A stretch of 62,263 bases of DNA, the filler included, from Basidiobolus ranarum (lineage: Eukaryota): NCBI GenBank assembly GCA_040143965.1. It is 16 parts of 16 records of this genome, joined end to end, with 100 filler letters (N's around TTAATTAATTAA, not from the genome) between each part and the next. Parts side by side here need not be neighbours in the genome. Positions count along the whole stretch, not along the records: positions 7,822 to 11,629 come from JASJQH010002275.1; positions 11,730 to 15,536 come from JASJQH010002276.1; positions 15,637 to 19,442 come from JASJQH010002277.1; positions 19,543 to 23,346 come from JASJQH010002278.1; positions 23,447 to 27,246 come from JASJQH010002279.1; 11 more parts are not named here. One strand, written 5' to 3'. Shown here piece after piece: positions 10,255-24,144 of the stretch. The notes below the pieces were generated by a model, which was not told where the DNA came from, made no database searches, and worked only from the letters and a program-made list of their open reading frames with translations. How positions within the stretch are numbered: the first letter of the stretch is position 1; every line of letters begins with the position of its first letter. The position numbers and the translations under genes are program-made.

Positions 10255-11520
10255 TCCTTTAAGTATTGTATTTGTACACAAACACTGTCAAGTAGCTGAC
10301 AGATAGATGGAAACACTAGTATTAATGGATGGCTGCTCATATTTTATACTTAGCCTTATACAGGGTTAGTCCTTTGAAATCCAAGGGTGTTAACTGGAAA
10401 GAGCAGGAATTCCGTAACTACTTTAGCTGTAATCTTCAATTGTACTGAGATGCTCATTTGGAAGTATAATCAAACGTTGCTTTGTAATCCTGTGAAACCT
10501 TACCATTTTTGTTTGCTTCTCTATGTTGTACTACTCTGGTATATGTAACGACGCGTCTATAGTTTGTATCAATGACTTTGTAGTTACAATAGACCAGATA
10601 CAAAGGAAAGCCTCTAGAATGTGTATACGTACTGATATAAGATGTATCATAAGTCTATTCAAAAATGATGTCAGGAGCGATCAACTACTATTTGTCTATC
10701 CGTCGGAGCTGTAACATATATTCAAGGAAAGCTCCAGATGAGTCGGGGAGAATTCGAAAGCTCCATGCACCAGAGTAATATTATTGCTTGCAGAAGTGAG
10801 AACACTAGCAATGCCACTTTGGGAAATTGTGAGCAAAGTCAGTTTTAAACTCAGACCAATTGCTCACTAAGTAGAAATAATTTACTTTTCACCATAATGA
10901 CTACAAGGTTTTTTACAAGAGTATTTGTACATTTGATATTATATATGGTATAGATGTTCTGGTAAGGGTAAGGAAGGTTAAGGATAGAAAGAGGGGGTCT
11001 GGGGGGTTAGGGGGGATGATAGGCACCAGAAGGTGTAATATCTATTTATCAATTTAAACAAAGTTAATGAATGAAAAAGCCAAGTTAGTATATAAATTTA
11101 AAAGATAAAGTCAAGATGTTGACAAAGCTGAGTTTCCTAGTAAACTAGGCCTAAGAGTATTCCAGATAGGAAGGAGCCAAGAGTAAAGTATTCCAGAAGG
11201 GTTGGGGGGATCAAAAGCAACAGGTGGTGTGGACTTTCCTCAGTTTATATACTAATCTAAAAAAGTGACTGTCAAGACATCATTCTTTTAAGATATTATG
11301 ACAATACTGGCTCATATGCATACTTCACTTGATAACCAAAGTTATCAAGCTCTGAGGATGTAAATATAGTGTTAACAAGCAAAGGGGGTAGGCAGAAAGG
11401 AAGGTACTCAGTACCAACTCAATGGACAAGCAAACAAAAACCTGGAATAGTGGGGATCTAAAAAGGTGTCTTGGAGGCAAGCCCTGACAAAAATAAAAAT
11501 GATTTGATCAGGATCAGATC

Positions 11521-11629
11521 TGTTGGATAATTAATCTTTATTCAACATCATAGTTAACTTTAGTTATGATACATATATCAGAAACAGAAAGCAACGTATC
11601 TATAGCCCCTATATTCTAAATAGGAATAT
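11521..11629 (+). mobile_element. LTR-like repeat family C, truncated by contig end (orientation arbitrary)
   Basis: Starts TGTTGG; near-identical reverse complement at about 46904-47012. Confidence 0.7.
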
Positions 11630-11729
11630 NNNNNNNNNNNNNNNNNNNNNNNNNNNNNNNNNNNNNNNNNNNNTTAATTAATTAANNNNNNNNNNNNNNN
11701 NNNNNNNNNNNNNNNNNNNNNNNNNNNNN

Positions 11730-12682
11730 GTGTTTATTCAAATGCAAAGACTAGAAGTATTGGATTTGTATATATTCAAGTGGAACTTTGAAAAGATTTC
11801 TGCCTGATAAGTATTGACAACATTGGGAGTTGTTTGTTGATATTGTTAATATATTCTTATGGCATCAACTCCCATTGGCAGATCTCAGGTAGATATAGCA
11901 ACTGTGCAAAGATTTTGTAATTAGATATGAAAAACTTCATTACAGGCTTAAAGAAGATAGACTGAATCTATGCCAGTATTCAATACATTCCCTGCTACAT
12001 CTTTCACAATGCTTAGATATTATGGGCCCTTGCTATACACAGTATTATTGTTTTAGCCCTGGGGTAATATATTCCAGCAATGACACATCTACTTGTAGCA
12101 GGACAATTGTTGACTGCAAGTTATGAATATATTGGCTGAATTCTTTATGGAAATTTGCTAAAATCCAAGAGCCTATTCTCATTGTGAATGGTAGCAAGAG
12201 TCAGCTCTTTGCCAAGTGTGAGTGCTATTCAAAATTTCAGATGTTTAGCAATTTTTCCACCATTAGTTTGCTGGTAAAGCATATTGATGTTGTTGAGTTA
12301 TGTCTAATCAGTCAAGTATGTGCATATGTAAAGACTAAACACAATGAGATTCTTGTATTTTTTGATTCTCATTATGGCTGGAATACAAAGCCTGAGATAT
12401 CTAAATAAAGGCATGCATATTAATTCAAATTCCTACAGCAGTAAACCTAGTAATTTGGCATTTCAAAATTATTTTTTTGCAAAAATTGCCAGATATTGAA
12501 TATTTGAGGATCAATATTTTAACATGTATGAATACTCTCAAAATAACATCAAGAAACCATTGTTACACCATCAAAATCCCTGGCAGAAAGCAAGCCACCA
12601 ATATTATGATGGTTCTCTGATGGTTTTGCTATTTTGGAGGGTGGCTCTGGTCTGGATCAAATTGATTTTATTTATGTTAGGG
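11730..12682 (+). mobile_element. CMC transposon 3' part with terminus GTTAGGG|TA
   Basis: Aligns with 27347-28596 apart from an internal deletion. Confidence 0.85.
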
Positions 12683-13175
12683 TATATGAATGTAACAAAT
12701 TTCTAAAAGTGCTTGAAATGTATTTTTAAAGGTGTGAACAGAAAAGTACAGTGCAAGTATGAAGCAAGTGGCTTAAGATTACACATATTTAACGTGATAT
12801 TTAGTCTGTTGTTGACCATGCAGATATCTGGGAAGTACTTAATATAGAGTGACAAAGTATTGCAAGATATTAGCTAGATAGCAGGAAGAATATGGATTCA
12901 GCCACATTAATACAATGTTGGGCTTTGATGGAGATACTGGTAAAAACTTGTGTTGGATATGAGCTAAATCCTGGGTATGAATTATTTTATAATAATATTG
13001 AGGAGAATATATTGAAGCAACTGCAGATTTCAAAGGTGCCAAATTAGTGTTCAAGTGATAAATATATAAAATTGGGGTAACATTTTTCATACATTTGTTG
13101 ATCCATAGATTTCTGATATTGTAGCCAATCATGTGTAACTATTTTGCAAGATCTTTAAAATTCACAATAGTAGTG
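12683..13175 (+). mobile_element. Probable non-autonomous CACTA element
   Basis: Left part homologous to the CACTACAAGG end; ends TAGTAGTG at 13175, close to where CpG-containing DNA resumes. Confidence 0.55.
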
Positions 13176-16100
13176 ATCCCAAACTTACACTAGAACCATC
13201 ACGCGACTGTTTGAATCGTTAAGTACTCAAATAGGAAATGATAAAGAGAAGTATGATACTTGATTATTATATGACTAAACTGAATGAAGCATCAACTTCG
13301 AATGGCATGTATGATGAATATGCATTTGCAAGGTACACACATACTCCCAGCCAAGGCATATCTCAAACTTTCTCTTTTGCTGCGTTACCCTTCTTAGAAA
13401 TGGATTCGTCGAGATTTTATCCAGTTTTTGAGTCTAATAATATCCCTTATACTTTTCCTTGCTTTCCAGTAATGTTTATTCTATTGAGCAGTAAGTGCGA
13501 GTTATAACACTCTAGAACCTATCCTTCCTGTCTACTGTTTTTTGTATCAGATTAGTGCAAATCAATGACATCTTAATTTGTCAACCTTATGAATCTAACT
13601 GAGGAATTACTTTAATGCATACAAACATGAACCCCTATACTCGAGTGAGAATATTAGCCAACTAAATTGAGTATATTACCACTGAATTCAATAAAAATAT
13701 CCAACTCTTGGTTTTCGCCATCTTTTCTGTGATTTTGCGAAATTAATACTTTGGTTAATCTGTATAAGGCGGTACCTTGTTCGCGGTATATATTTGAACT
13801 AGATATCGATGTGTTTTTGTGGGTGTCAGATTTCGATAACAAAGATTGGATACTATTAGTCCAGAGTGAAATAATTGAAGTGCCTAACTCATCACGAAGG
13901 AATATACATATTAACCCTGTATTCTATATGAAGCATGATGATCGTCCTGAACAATGTAGATCCATCAGCTAAAACATTGCCAATAATGCTGGTCGAAGAG
14001 ATACAAACATAGAAAAAGCTATGAGATCACTATACTTGTCTTTTGTAACGTATCCAAACGATAAGAGGTGGAACATGGCCAGAACTCCTAGCGCACAGAG
14101 AAAGGTGACAAATAGGGTATTTACACTACCTTTCCTATAATATTTCCATCATCGCCAAAATCCTCAACCTGATCATTTTGCTTCCATTTAGCATATTGAA
14201 AATTGACGATATCATGATAGGCGCATTAGAGTACAAACAAATGTTGATTGAAGTGAATGTAAAGATTCAGTGTAATGGTAGTCATATGAATACCAAGTAG
14301 ATTTCCCCCATCCTTCGTTTTCTATCGATTCCCATATCCTAATCCTCATTCTTACTCATTCACTACACTCTTATCTAGTTCTATATTTACATATACTGTT
14401 TCTAATGAGCCAAGGATCCACTGAACGCAACTGATAATGAAGAGTCGTTGATGCAGTATCGCTTTGTGGCTTGCACCGTGTTTCTGCTCCATGAATGGCT
14501 GAGTAGAAAATGATTCACCCTTAACCCTCTATTTACATTAGCATTTCATGCGAAACCAACCAGTTCGTATACTCGAGCCAGAGTCCAATTTCCAACTAAA
14601 TAGGTGTCCATAGCTGCTAAGCCGACGTCACTTCTATTGCTACCACTCTCACCGGGTTTATCCTCATTTTCGTCCATCAACCCGCAACCTGCAATCGACA
14701 GTATATGAAGGTTTCAGTAGATTGGTATTCAAATTGTGCAACGCTTAAAGAGGAAATGGTTGCTTTGGGAAGGGCGCTGGAGCATTACAAATCCATATTA
14801 AATGAGTCATTAGTATTGGATGCTATGATTAGTGAGAACCCTAGCAAGAAAACTCCGGAAAGTGATGTATTTGAAATCCAAGGGAGTATCATTCTGTTGG
14901 TATGAAAGGAGATCAGTGATAGGTTACAAATTAATGTAGACTAAGCATAGGATATGTATAGGCATATTATTATAATTTACTCTACTCGTTCATGGGTAAG
15001 TTTAATGGCACCTGTCATAGACTGTAAAATACTCACTGTTTTTCACGTCGGTATCAAGTATATCAGATATCAGCCATAAACGGCTATATCTGGGCCACAT
15101 CTTGGTGTTACCTTCAAACAAACTAACCATCAAGATTCAGGTAAAACGCTAGCAATTATTCTCGCTCTACCCAGTATTCAGTCAGTCAAATGACAGTATT
15201 TCTGTATGTTCAATGAACTTCTATTACTATAATGGATGGAATATTCGTGCACGGTAAGCGATACATAAGCGGGTTTCAAAAGATAGACTTGGGTTTATGA
15301 TGATCACAGATCAAAAGAAGATGCCATACTCCTCTAGTATATTGTGCCGAATAAGTGTGACGTATAACGGATAATTTAGTGATCTCTATCCAGCTGTTCG
15401 ATTGAGTGTCCATATGGATAAGCCCAATATTGGAACTAAATAAGCATGACATGACTCAAGACAGATTGAAATAACTAAATTGAGAAACACGTTAGAAACA
15501 AAGAACACACAGAGAAGACGTATTGGCTGGAATCCTNNNNNNNNNNNNNNNNNNNNNNNNNNNNNNNNNNNNNNNNNNNNTTAATTAATTAANNNNNNNN
15601 NNNNNNNNNNNNNNNNNNNNNNNNNNNNNNNNNNNNCTTTAGCATGTAAATTGTGCAGCATCTGTCAGAAATGGGATATGCGTGTTCCCGTTCGTACTGT
15701 GATTGAGAAAGCAGGCATCGTAATTGCTGTGATCTGAAACTCAATGAAGTATCGTTGCAGCGTCGATAACAATTGCGTTCGCATTATAACTGTAGTTTCC
15801 TACAAGGGATGCGAATACATGTATCCCGAATAATGTCAACAAAGCATACTTAATTGGCTGCCAAGATTGTAAGTATATACTAGTGTATCATTTGACCATT
15901 GTAATTCCGTCAGTTCTTGATATTCTTGGCACCAATTTACGAACTAGGAAATACTACCAATTCAACCAATCCCAGAAGTGGGGTCTATCTAGTATCTCTA
16001 CTAATTTTAAGGCAAATCTGATATTCACATAGATCTACCACACACCTTAGTGGTTACTTTATCCCTAGAGACATCCAAGTTTGGCTTCTCTCTTTAGATA

Positions 16101-16836
16101 CCATAGAAGGCCACCATGGTTTTATGTCAAGAATTAAGCAACATTAACTTTAATGATATTCTACGATTACATACAAGAGTTCTGATTCAAAGTTGCTGGA
16201 TTACCACGATGGAGTCAGGTGTGGCAGACATTTGGAACACAGCTCCGATTTGAGGTTAATAGTGCTACCTAAGTACAGAGCCATCACAGTCCGCTGTTTT
16301 AGATTTTATATTCCACCTCTAGTCCAAATACATCATACTTTGAAGTAAGCAGGCACTGTAGGCCAAACTCTTACGTGTTATGGACTAATTAATCTAGACT
16401 CTCAATTTTATAAACACAGCGTTCTTTTGCAATCATTGACAGTTCTGGTACTACTGTCTCCATATTATGCAACCTAGTTCTTATTGCTATTGGATTCAAG
16501 TTTAGCAATATGCTAGAAATTTCCAGAGTAGAGAAAGGTCTAGTAGCTAACTAATAGAGCATAGATATGGGGATTTGTGTTCCGATTATTTTGCACATAA
16601 TGTCTACTTCTATGGATTTTGCATTGTCATTTACATGTTCTAAGCATTAATGCATACACCGAGTTTCATAGAGGTAAATCTAACCTTTAAAAATTAATAT
16701 AAAAGATCTGGATTTAAGTCAAAATTTAACTTTCAATTTTAGGAGATGAAAGATTCAAAAATATTTCTTATGCGGGAATTAAGCTCGTTAGACTTGTTGT
16801 TCTTTCACAAGGTAGTAGTGACAATATCGTCTCAAG

Positions 16837-19442
16837 ATGGCCAAGAAAGGAAAAGTAAAGCAGAAAAAGGCACAGAGAGCTAATAAATCAGCTGCGTTAA
16901 AAACACGCAAACAAAGTGGTGAGTAATACTTTCAGAGGATAACCTCGCCATACTATATTGGTACTGCTATCTTCTTACTATATTATATTTTGCTGTTCAA
17001 TTTGATAAAGATCCAGAGCCTTCAGATCCGATCATCAGCGATGTTGAAGAGGATAGTAGTGCAGATGAAACTCCCAACAAGAAGGCCAAGTGTCCTCATC
17101 TCAAATGTATTAAAATGTCTAAGGTTAAAAAAATGCTACCTCACTTGGAAACCGGTGACTGTTACGTACGCTTTCTCAGTTTAGTTGCTTGATCATTCGT
17201 TTGGTCTAATCACAATTCTTGTAGATTTGTAGCAAAGAGAATCCTTCCGATGTAACATCAACAATAGACGAAAAAGATAATGGACAATATTTATGTATGA
17301 CTTGTTGTAAAATAACTTGCTCTGATCAGAGTAGAAAGCATGCACACGAACACTTTGAGGCGACTAACAAGGGGGATCCTTTGGTAATCAACCTCAAAAC
17401 CCTTGAATGCTGGTAATTCATGGCTCTTATTACTTGATAAATTAAAAAGCATTTGACGTGTAAATAACGTAAAATTTTATTTCTTTCAAGGTGCTTCCGA
17501 TGTGAAAGTGAAGTTCTCCCTTCCAACAAAAATCAGGTCATATTTGATATGCAAACGTTGGTGGAGAAGAATCTTGAATCCAAGGCCTTAAAATCTGGTA
17601 CGAGTATAGTATACGTATCAGGATTATTAGAATTATTTGACTGAATATCTTTATTAGTTGAGAAATCAGTATCTGGGCTCAAGTTGTCTAGCAAACCAAA
17701 ACTTAGAATTATTGCTCCTGGTCTTCAAAACTTAGGAAACACCTGTTTCTTCAATTCTTTAATGCAGGTACGGATTCCATCGATTTTTAGTCTATTAGCA
17801 AATTGTAACCATTTTTTACCAGTCGATTTCGGCAACGACATATTTACAAAATTTATGGATGCCTCACGATGAAGATAAAAAAATACCTCATACTTTCGGC
17901 CCTCTTAATACGTCTATGAGAAGTATGCTCACCTCTATGTGGACCCAGCGAGGAAATGTTGTGAAACCCGCAGAGTTCTTCTCTATGATAGCCAGGAAGT
18001 GGAAACAGTTCAAAGGTTTCCACCAGCAGGACAGTCACGAGCTAATGAGATACTTGTTTGATGGGCTTCGCGAAGAACAGATGAAGGTGAAAATTAAAAA
18101 TCAAAGATACTTCTCGTACTATTATTTATTAACAATGTTTTTGTAGGCTAGTCGTGGAGGTATAGTATCGCGACCTTAAACATTGTTTTCTTTGAGACGT
18201 TAAGACCTAAGCGCATATGTATTAAGTCAAATTCCTATTATTTCGAAGGTGAGCTCAAAGATAATGTAGAGTCTTATATCGATAGCTTCTTTGGAGGAAA
18301 ACTTGTCAGTCTTATTGTGTGCGATATTTGTAAGAGTGTTAGTATGCATTTATTTCTTGGGCAGTTTATATTTTTGTTTAATAATTTATGACTTTAGGTT
18401 TCTTACTCGTATGAAGATTTTCTGGACCTATCTCTACCTATCGATATTGAAGTTAAAGATGTAATGACTTAGAATTATTTCAACCATTCCTATATACTAA
18501 CTCTAGATTGTTGTTTGTAGCTCACGAATAAAAAATCCAGGAAAGAGAAGGTATTTATTAGCTACATGTATAACAGCATAGCCGAATATCGCTGCTGTAC
18601 TGGATTTGATTCATAAGCTGAAATTTTTTATTAACTATTTAAAAATAATTGAAAGCGTTCAAAAAAATCATCGACCAGTGTTGAGTTGGAAGTTGACAAA
18701 CAGTGCGAAGAAACTGTTGAAGATCAGACCGAAAATAGTAATCAGTCTATAGAGACAGCTATACCTACTCCCTCTTCGAAATACTTACATTTCGTGAACT
18801 CGTTACTGAGCGACCGTTGTGCTGGCATGAAGATTGAAAAATTCTCCTTGCAAAATTGTATCAACAAATTCACTACGGTGGAAGAACTATCGGGAGATAA
18901 TTCTTACGCTTGTGAATCATGCTACAAATATATGCACCCAGAGTCTGAATCAAAATCCAGCGGCGATGAACCAAATGATGTTGATGAGTCTGGTGACGAT
19001 CACGGGGAAGAGAAATTGCAGGAAAATTTGAATTCACTCGAATCTGCATCATCGGTACCCTTATCTGTCATAGAAACTGAAACTCTTGAGGAGATCAATG
19101 AGGAGCCTCTCGAAGTGGAAAATGATAAAGATCTGGAATCAAAAGCAGAAATTGAATTTTCGGATTTGAAAGAAATGACTCTTGATGATAGCAGCGATTC
19201 TCTTGTAGAGATGGATTTGTTTGATTCAAGTGAGTCTGGGAATGCGTCTGATAATGATTCCAACCCTCATACAGTAGATGCCTTTGGTAATTCTATTGAG
19301 AAACCTTTACCTCCTAAGAAACCCGAAAACCCTACGTATATTCGACGTACAGCATTTAGACGTTATTTAATTCATACAGCCCCAAAAGTATTGGTATGCC
19401 ATCTCAAAAGATTCCAACAATATGGATTTTCTTTGTTCCGTG
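16837..19442 (+). CDS. Ubiquitin C-terminal hydrolase (USP/C19) with zf-UBP, USP16/USP45-like; multi-exon, 3' truncated
   Basis: ATG 16837 (MAKKGK); about ten GT-AG introns; zf-UBP CPHL..LCMTC..HAHEHF..WCFRC; Cys box GLQNLGNTCFFNSLMQ; QQDSHELMRYL; EDFLDLSLPI; YACESC; HLKRFQQ. Confidence 0.93.
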
Positions 19443-19542
19443 NNNNNNNNNNNNNNNNNNNNNNNNNNNNNNNNNNNNNNNNNNNNTTAATTAATTAANN
19501 NNNNNNNNNNNNNNNNNNNNNNNNNNNNNNNNNNNNNNNNNN

Positions 19543-19653
19543 CTAAGTAAATTCCAATTGAGAATAGTTGATAATATCTTAGTGAATTATAAGATAACTA
19601 AGTACTAAGCTATATATGACTATATAGGTGTTTAGGCAATGCTAATTTCAACA
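19543..19653 (-). mobile_element. LTR family A, partial
   Basis: Homologous to 5395-5742; ends TTTCAACA. Confidence 0.85.
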
Positions 19654-20466
19654 TTATGTAGATGAACTTATGATGTCAACCAATGACTTGAAGACTTTGG
19701 AGAAAACCAAACCCTGCTTATCTGCCAAATTCAAGATGACTGGTCCTGGTGAACTGATATACTATCTTGGAATCCAAATTCAGATAGATAAAACTACCAA
19801 AACAATAACTTTAAACCAGTTTAAGTATATACTAGATATACTAAAGAAGTTTAAAATGGAAGAATGTAATGCAGTACCTACCCCAATGGAGATAAATCTT
19901 AACTTGACCAAAATGGCTCAAATCAGATGTTCTTGGATTCAAATGAAAGCCAGAAATTTCCAAATCAATCTGTGGCTGGTAGTTTGAAGTATACCATGGT
20001 TGGAATATGGCCAGATATTGCATATTCAATGGCGGTTATGTGCCAATAAAAAATCATGGATCTGATCAAATTATAGCAGTTAAGTGGATTTTCAGATATT
20101 TGAAAGGTACTGTGGATCTATGCTTAATATAAACATATTCTGGATCAAACTTTGATCTTATGGGATATTCAGATGCAAATTGGGGAAGAGATATTGAAGA
20201 CAGGAGATCTACAACAGGATCCATGTTTCTTTGCTGTAATGGAGCTATTTCTTGGAATTTAAAGAAACAACCTACTGTAGCACCTTCAACAACAGATGCT
20301 GAATGCATGACTGCCTGTGAAGCAGCAAAAGAGGTAATATGGTTAACAAGACTATGAACAGATTTGGGCTATTCTCAAAATTCACCAACTACAATATTTC
20401 AAGATAATCAAAGTTGTATCAAATTAGCTAAAAATCCCATGTTTCATGATAGAAGCAAACATATTA

Positions 20467-20668
20467 CCCTAACAAAAAAAATTCAGATTTGCATTTCATA
20501 CTATTTTCTTACTGTCTTATTATGGTATTATGCTGGTATTGCAACAAGATTCTGATGGCTTCTCTACCAGTCATTTTTTCCACCCATTTTCTTATGGTAT
20601 TCCTACCTCAATATTTGTTTTTTCTCTGGTTTTCCTCTGGCTTTCATTCCCATATTTTTCATAGGGAT
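20467..20668 (+). mobile_element. DNA-transposon terminal fragment starting TA|CCCTAACAAAAA
   Basis: Interrupts the copia RNase H; same terminal motif as the CMC family 3' end. Confidence 0.55.
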
Positions 20669-21074
20669 TATTAGGAAAATATGGGCTGTTTGGAGGAACT
20701 TTAGAAGAGTTGAGATGTGAATAGCCTTTTTGAGATAATTATTTATTGTCCAGAAATAAAGCATTGATACATTTTGGTGGATATAAAGCATGGATACATT
20801 TTGGTGGAAATATAGAAAACTAACAATGGGGTTGTGTTCAGGATATCTGTGGGCATAAAATGAGCTATCTTTGGGGCAATTTGGACAAATTTGAAATTTC
20901 CAATATAGAATTGCTAATTCTCACACTATTTACATATATTTAGAATATATGTTCCAATTTACAGTTAAGTGATATTTGACTAAGTAATATTAACTAGCTT
21001 ATATGCAATATATGAAACAGTTGGCTGTACAATGATGGAGATAACAAATATGATAAAGACAATAAACTTCAACA
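20669..21074 (+). repeat. LTR-like dispersed repeat family D
   Basis: Start homologous to 46597-46725 (both begin TATTAGGAAAA); ends TTCAACA. Confidence 0.55.
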
Positions 21075-21256
21075 TATATAGCTATTAAGCATCACTTCAT
21101 TAGAGAAACTATGGAGAATAAGTTTATTGGCTTGACTTTTTGTACCACAGAAGACATGATTGCTGATATATTAAACAAACCATTAGCTAGACAGAAATTT
21201 GAGAAATTTAGATCTTTATTAGGATTAGTTTATAAGACCATGTAGTTGAGGGAGAG

Positions 21257-21595
21257 TGTTGAGATTCACTTTACCTAAACACCTATATAGTCATATATAG
21301 CTTGGTACTTAGTTATCTTATAACTCACTAAGATATTATCCATTATTCTCAATCAGAATTTACTTGGAATTTTTGTACCAACTTTGAAGTTATCAGATAT
21401 ATAGACTTTTCAAACTTGTGCTAGAAGCCCCAAACTTTGCACACATGTTCTTAGGACCTTCCTTAACACATTCAGCATGTTTGTTTGTTTACATATTGAC
21501 AAAACTATCAATGTCAACTTTCCACTTAATAAATCAATTAGTGAAAACCACTAATTCCACTAATTCTCAAAACCACTTCCAACAGGCTCCCAACT
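21257..21595 (+). mobile_element. LTR family A, 3' LTR
   Basis: Begins TGTTG right after the PPT; homologous to LTR-A. Confidence 0.88.
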
Positions 21596-22389
21596 ATTTT
21601 TACACTTTCTGCATACTTGCACTGCATTTTTCCCTTCACACTTTTGAAAATACTCCAAAAGCACTTTTACTATTTTTATACATCCTTGTAGTGAGCCACT
21701 ACTGAGGGTGTTTTGCAGTATATGGGTTGTTTATGCCTGCCTTCAGTTTGTGATGAATTTCAACACTTTGAAAAGTACAAGTTGAGGTGGAGAGCCATGT
21801 ATTTTATTTGCAGATGTATTGGCTTGTTGGGAGGTGCCAGGCATTGGATAAACTTCCAAATTCAGCACTCTTTTAACTGCTGTACCTGGTTCCATGGTAA
21901 AATTAAGATTTTTTGCTAGTATATCTGACCCTGGAAATACAGATATTTGCAAAGGTGTCAAAAATTTGGTAAGTGGGACAGTAGGGCCAAAACTTTTGGC
22001 CCCTTTGCTTTTTCCTCAGGTTTACCAACTTTCTGCTCCTTGAATACTTCTTTAGCTGCATTTCTTTCTCTTTAAAGTCAATAGTTGTGTAGATTTTGAG
22101 ATGTTTCATGGATAAGCCTATACTAGCCCATTTGCTATTTGCTTGCAAAAATCAAGGATAAGCTACCTGGAATAAGTCATGAACCTTCTGTGTAACGGCT
22201 GGTTTTTGGTTCTTCCACAGTTGGCCCAAAGCAAGGTGATTTTAGGCAAGATTCCACTCAGTTTCCAAAATAAAACACTCATCATGAGAGTAAGAGGCAG
22301 CAGGTCAGACATTGGGACACTTTCAGCTTGCTAGTTTTCCTATGAGATTTCTACTTATGTGTGCCAAAGCAATTTTAGATCATTGTGTA
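21596..22389. mobile_element. Two abutting CACTA terminal regions (TAGTG 21689-21693, AGC, CACTA 21697-21701)
   Basis: Reverse-complement homology to 1560-1990. Confidence 0.7.
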
Positions 22390-22390
22390 G

Positions 22391-23346
22391 CCCTGAAAAA
22401 AAAAAGCAATTTGATCTGGATCAGATCTACTCTTCTGAATTGCAAAACCATCAGAGAACTGTCACAATATTGGTGGCTTGTATTTTGCCAGGAAGCTTGA
22501 TGGTAAGACAGTATCTTCTTGATGGTATTTATACCTGTCGAATTATTGATCCTCATATATGGCATGCATTAGTTAATTTCTAGCAATTTCTGCAAAAATC
22601 TAATTTTCAAATGGCAAATCACTAGGCTTATTGCTGCAGCAATTTGAATTAATATGCATGCCTTTATTTAGATATTTGAGGCTTTGTATTCCAGCCATAA
22701 TGTGAATCTTAGAGTACAAGACACTTGTTGTGTTTATTCTCAACAAATGCACATACACAACTGATAAGACATAACTCAACAATATCAAAATGCTTTACCA
22801 GCAAACTTACAGAGGAAAAATTGCTAAACATCTGAAATTTTGATTAGCACTGACACTTGGCAAATAGCTGACTCTTGTTACCATTCACAATGAAAATACA
22901 CTCTTGGATTTTGGTAAATTTCTGTAAACAATTCAGCAAAAAATCCAAAAATTGCAGTCAACAAATGTTCTGCCACAAGAAGATGTGTCATTACATAAAA
23001 TAGATTGCCACATGGCTTAAACAATAATACTGCATATCTTGATCTATCTTACTAAGAAGTCTCTCTTGCAGCTTTCCTACAAATACTGTCATAATATCAC
23101 ACAAACAAGTTAGTCCAAATTATAGAGGTACTTACTCTATATCAATGAATTAGGTTTTGTTGCTGCTAATGTGCTCAAATAATGTGAAAACCTGTGAGCA
23201 CATTGAAAAGAGCCATTTGTTGGAAGGTTAATTTTCTTTTGAGCTTCCTTAACCCATTGCATTACATCTGTCACTGATTTTGCTGATCCATTGTTAATCA
23301 GATAAGCATATGGTAATACTTATGATTTCACATGGTGCATCATTTG
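22391..23346 (-). mobile_element. CMC transposon 3' part
   Basis: Reverse complement of 27600-28596. Confidence 0.85.
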
Positions 23347-23446
23347 NNNNNNNNNNNNNNNNNNNNNNNNNNNNNNNNNNNNNNNNNNNNTTAATTAATT
23401 AANNNNNNNNNNNNNNNNNNNNNNNNNNNNNNNNNNNNNNNNNNNN

Positions 23447-23794
23447 TGATTGAATGGCCTGGTTTCTTGCAATATTTGCAAATAATTGATTTCCTACCAT
23501 GGGCACCATTGTTGAAGCCTGTTGGACAATTCTCAGATCCAAAAAAAAACTGATCTCCATTAATTTGTTGGGAATTAGTTCTCTTTAATTCCTGATTGAA
23601 AAGCCCAGCAATTTTCCATTGTTCATGGTTCTGATCTTGATTCCAGGGCAATTATGAGGTTCTCAAACTAGTCCAGCAGGCTCCCAAGTAGTGTCATTAC
23701 TAAGTCATCTTCTTTTAGAGGGACTCCAAAGGATGAGAGTCAATTGGTCTTAATTTTTATCCAATTTTTATGATTAGCCATGGAATCATCAGAA
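23447..23794 (-). mobile_element. Copia family B gag fragment with zinc knuckle
   Basis: ICKYCKKPGH and LIIALESR. Confidence 0.8.
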
Positions 23795-24144
23795 TGATCA
23801 AAGTGTTTAGGTGATTTGGAAGTGCTTTGTATAATATTTGAATTTGTGAATCCAAAACTTAAGTTTTGGGGAATATAATATGTTCAATGCTTAGTTTACT
23901 ATGAAATAGGACTCTTGGATGTGCTTAGATCATAACAAAGATGCCAGTAAAGCATGTGTAAAAATTTGCAGTGATTGGGAGAAGTTGTGAGAATAAGTTG
24001 AGAATTGGTAAAAGTGATGGATTTGATATATCTATCAATGAGATCAATAAGCACATGTTCTTGAATAACTGAACTGAGCACTAAATAGTCAGAATATATA
24101 CACTAACTATAAAACAATGAGTTGCTATTTACCTAATTTCAACA
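23795..24144 (-). mobile_element. LTR family B
   Basis: Homologous to 51160-51511; TG...CA ends. Confidence 0.8.

Larger units (their letters stand above)
19654..21256 (+). mobile_element. Decayed Ty1/copia RT-RNase H region with PPT, interrupted by insertions at 20467-21074
   Basis: YVDEL, GYSDANWG, RRSTTG, QDNQSCIKLAKNP and HHFIRE..DMIADI; PPT GAGGGAGAG just before the 3' LTR. Confidence 0.92.

Noticed and set aside
13969..14148. Hydrophobic minus-strand frame (TLFVTFLCALGVLAMFHLLSF...) as a membrane-protein gene
   Set aside because: Bounded by stops, with no clear splice model or family motif; at best a pseudogene remnant
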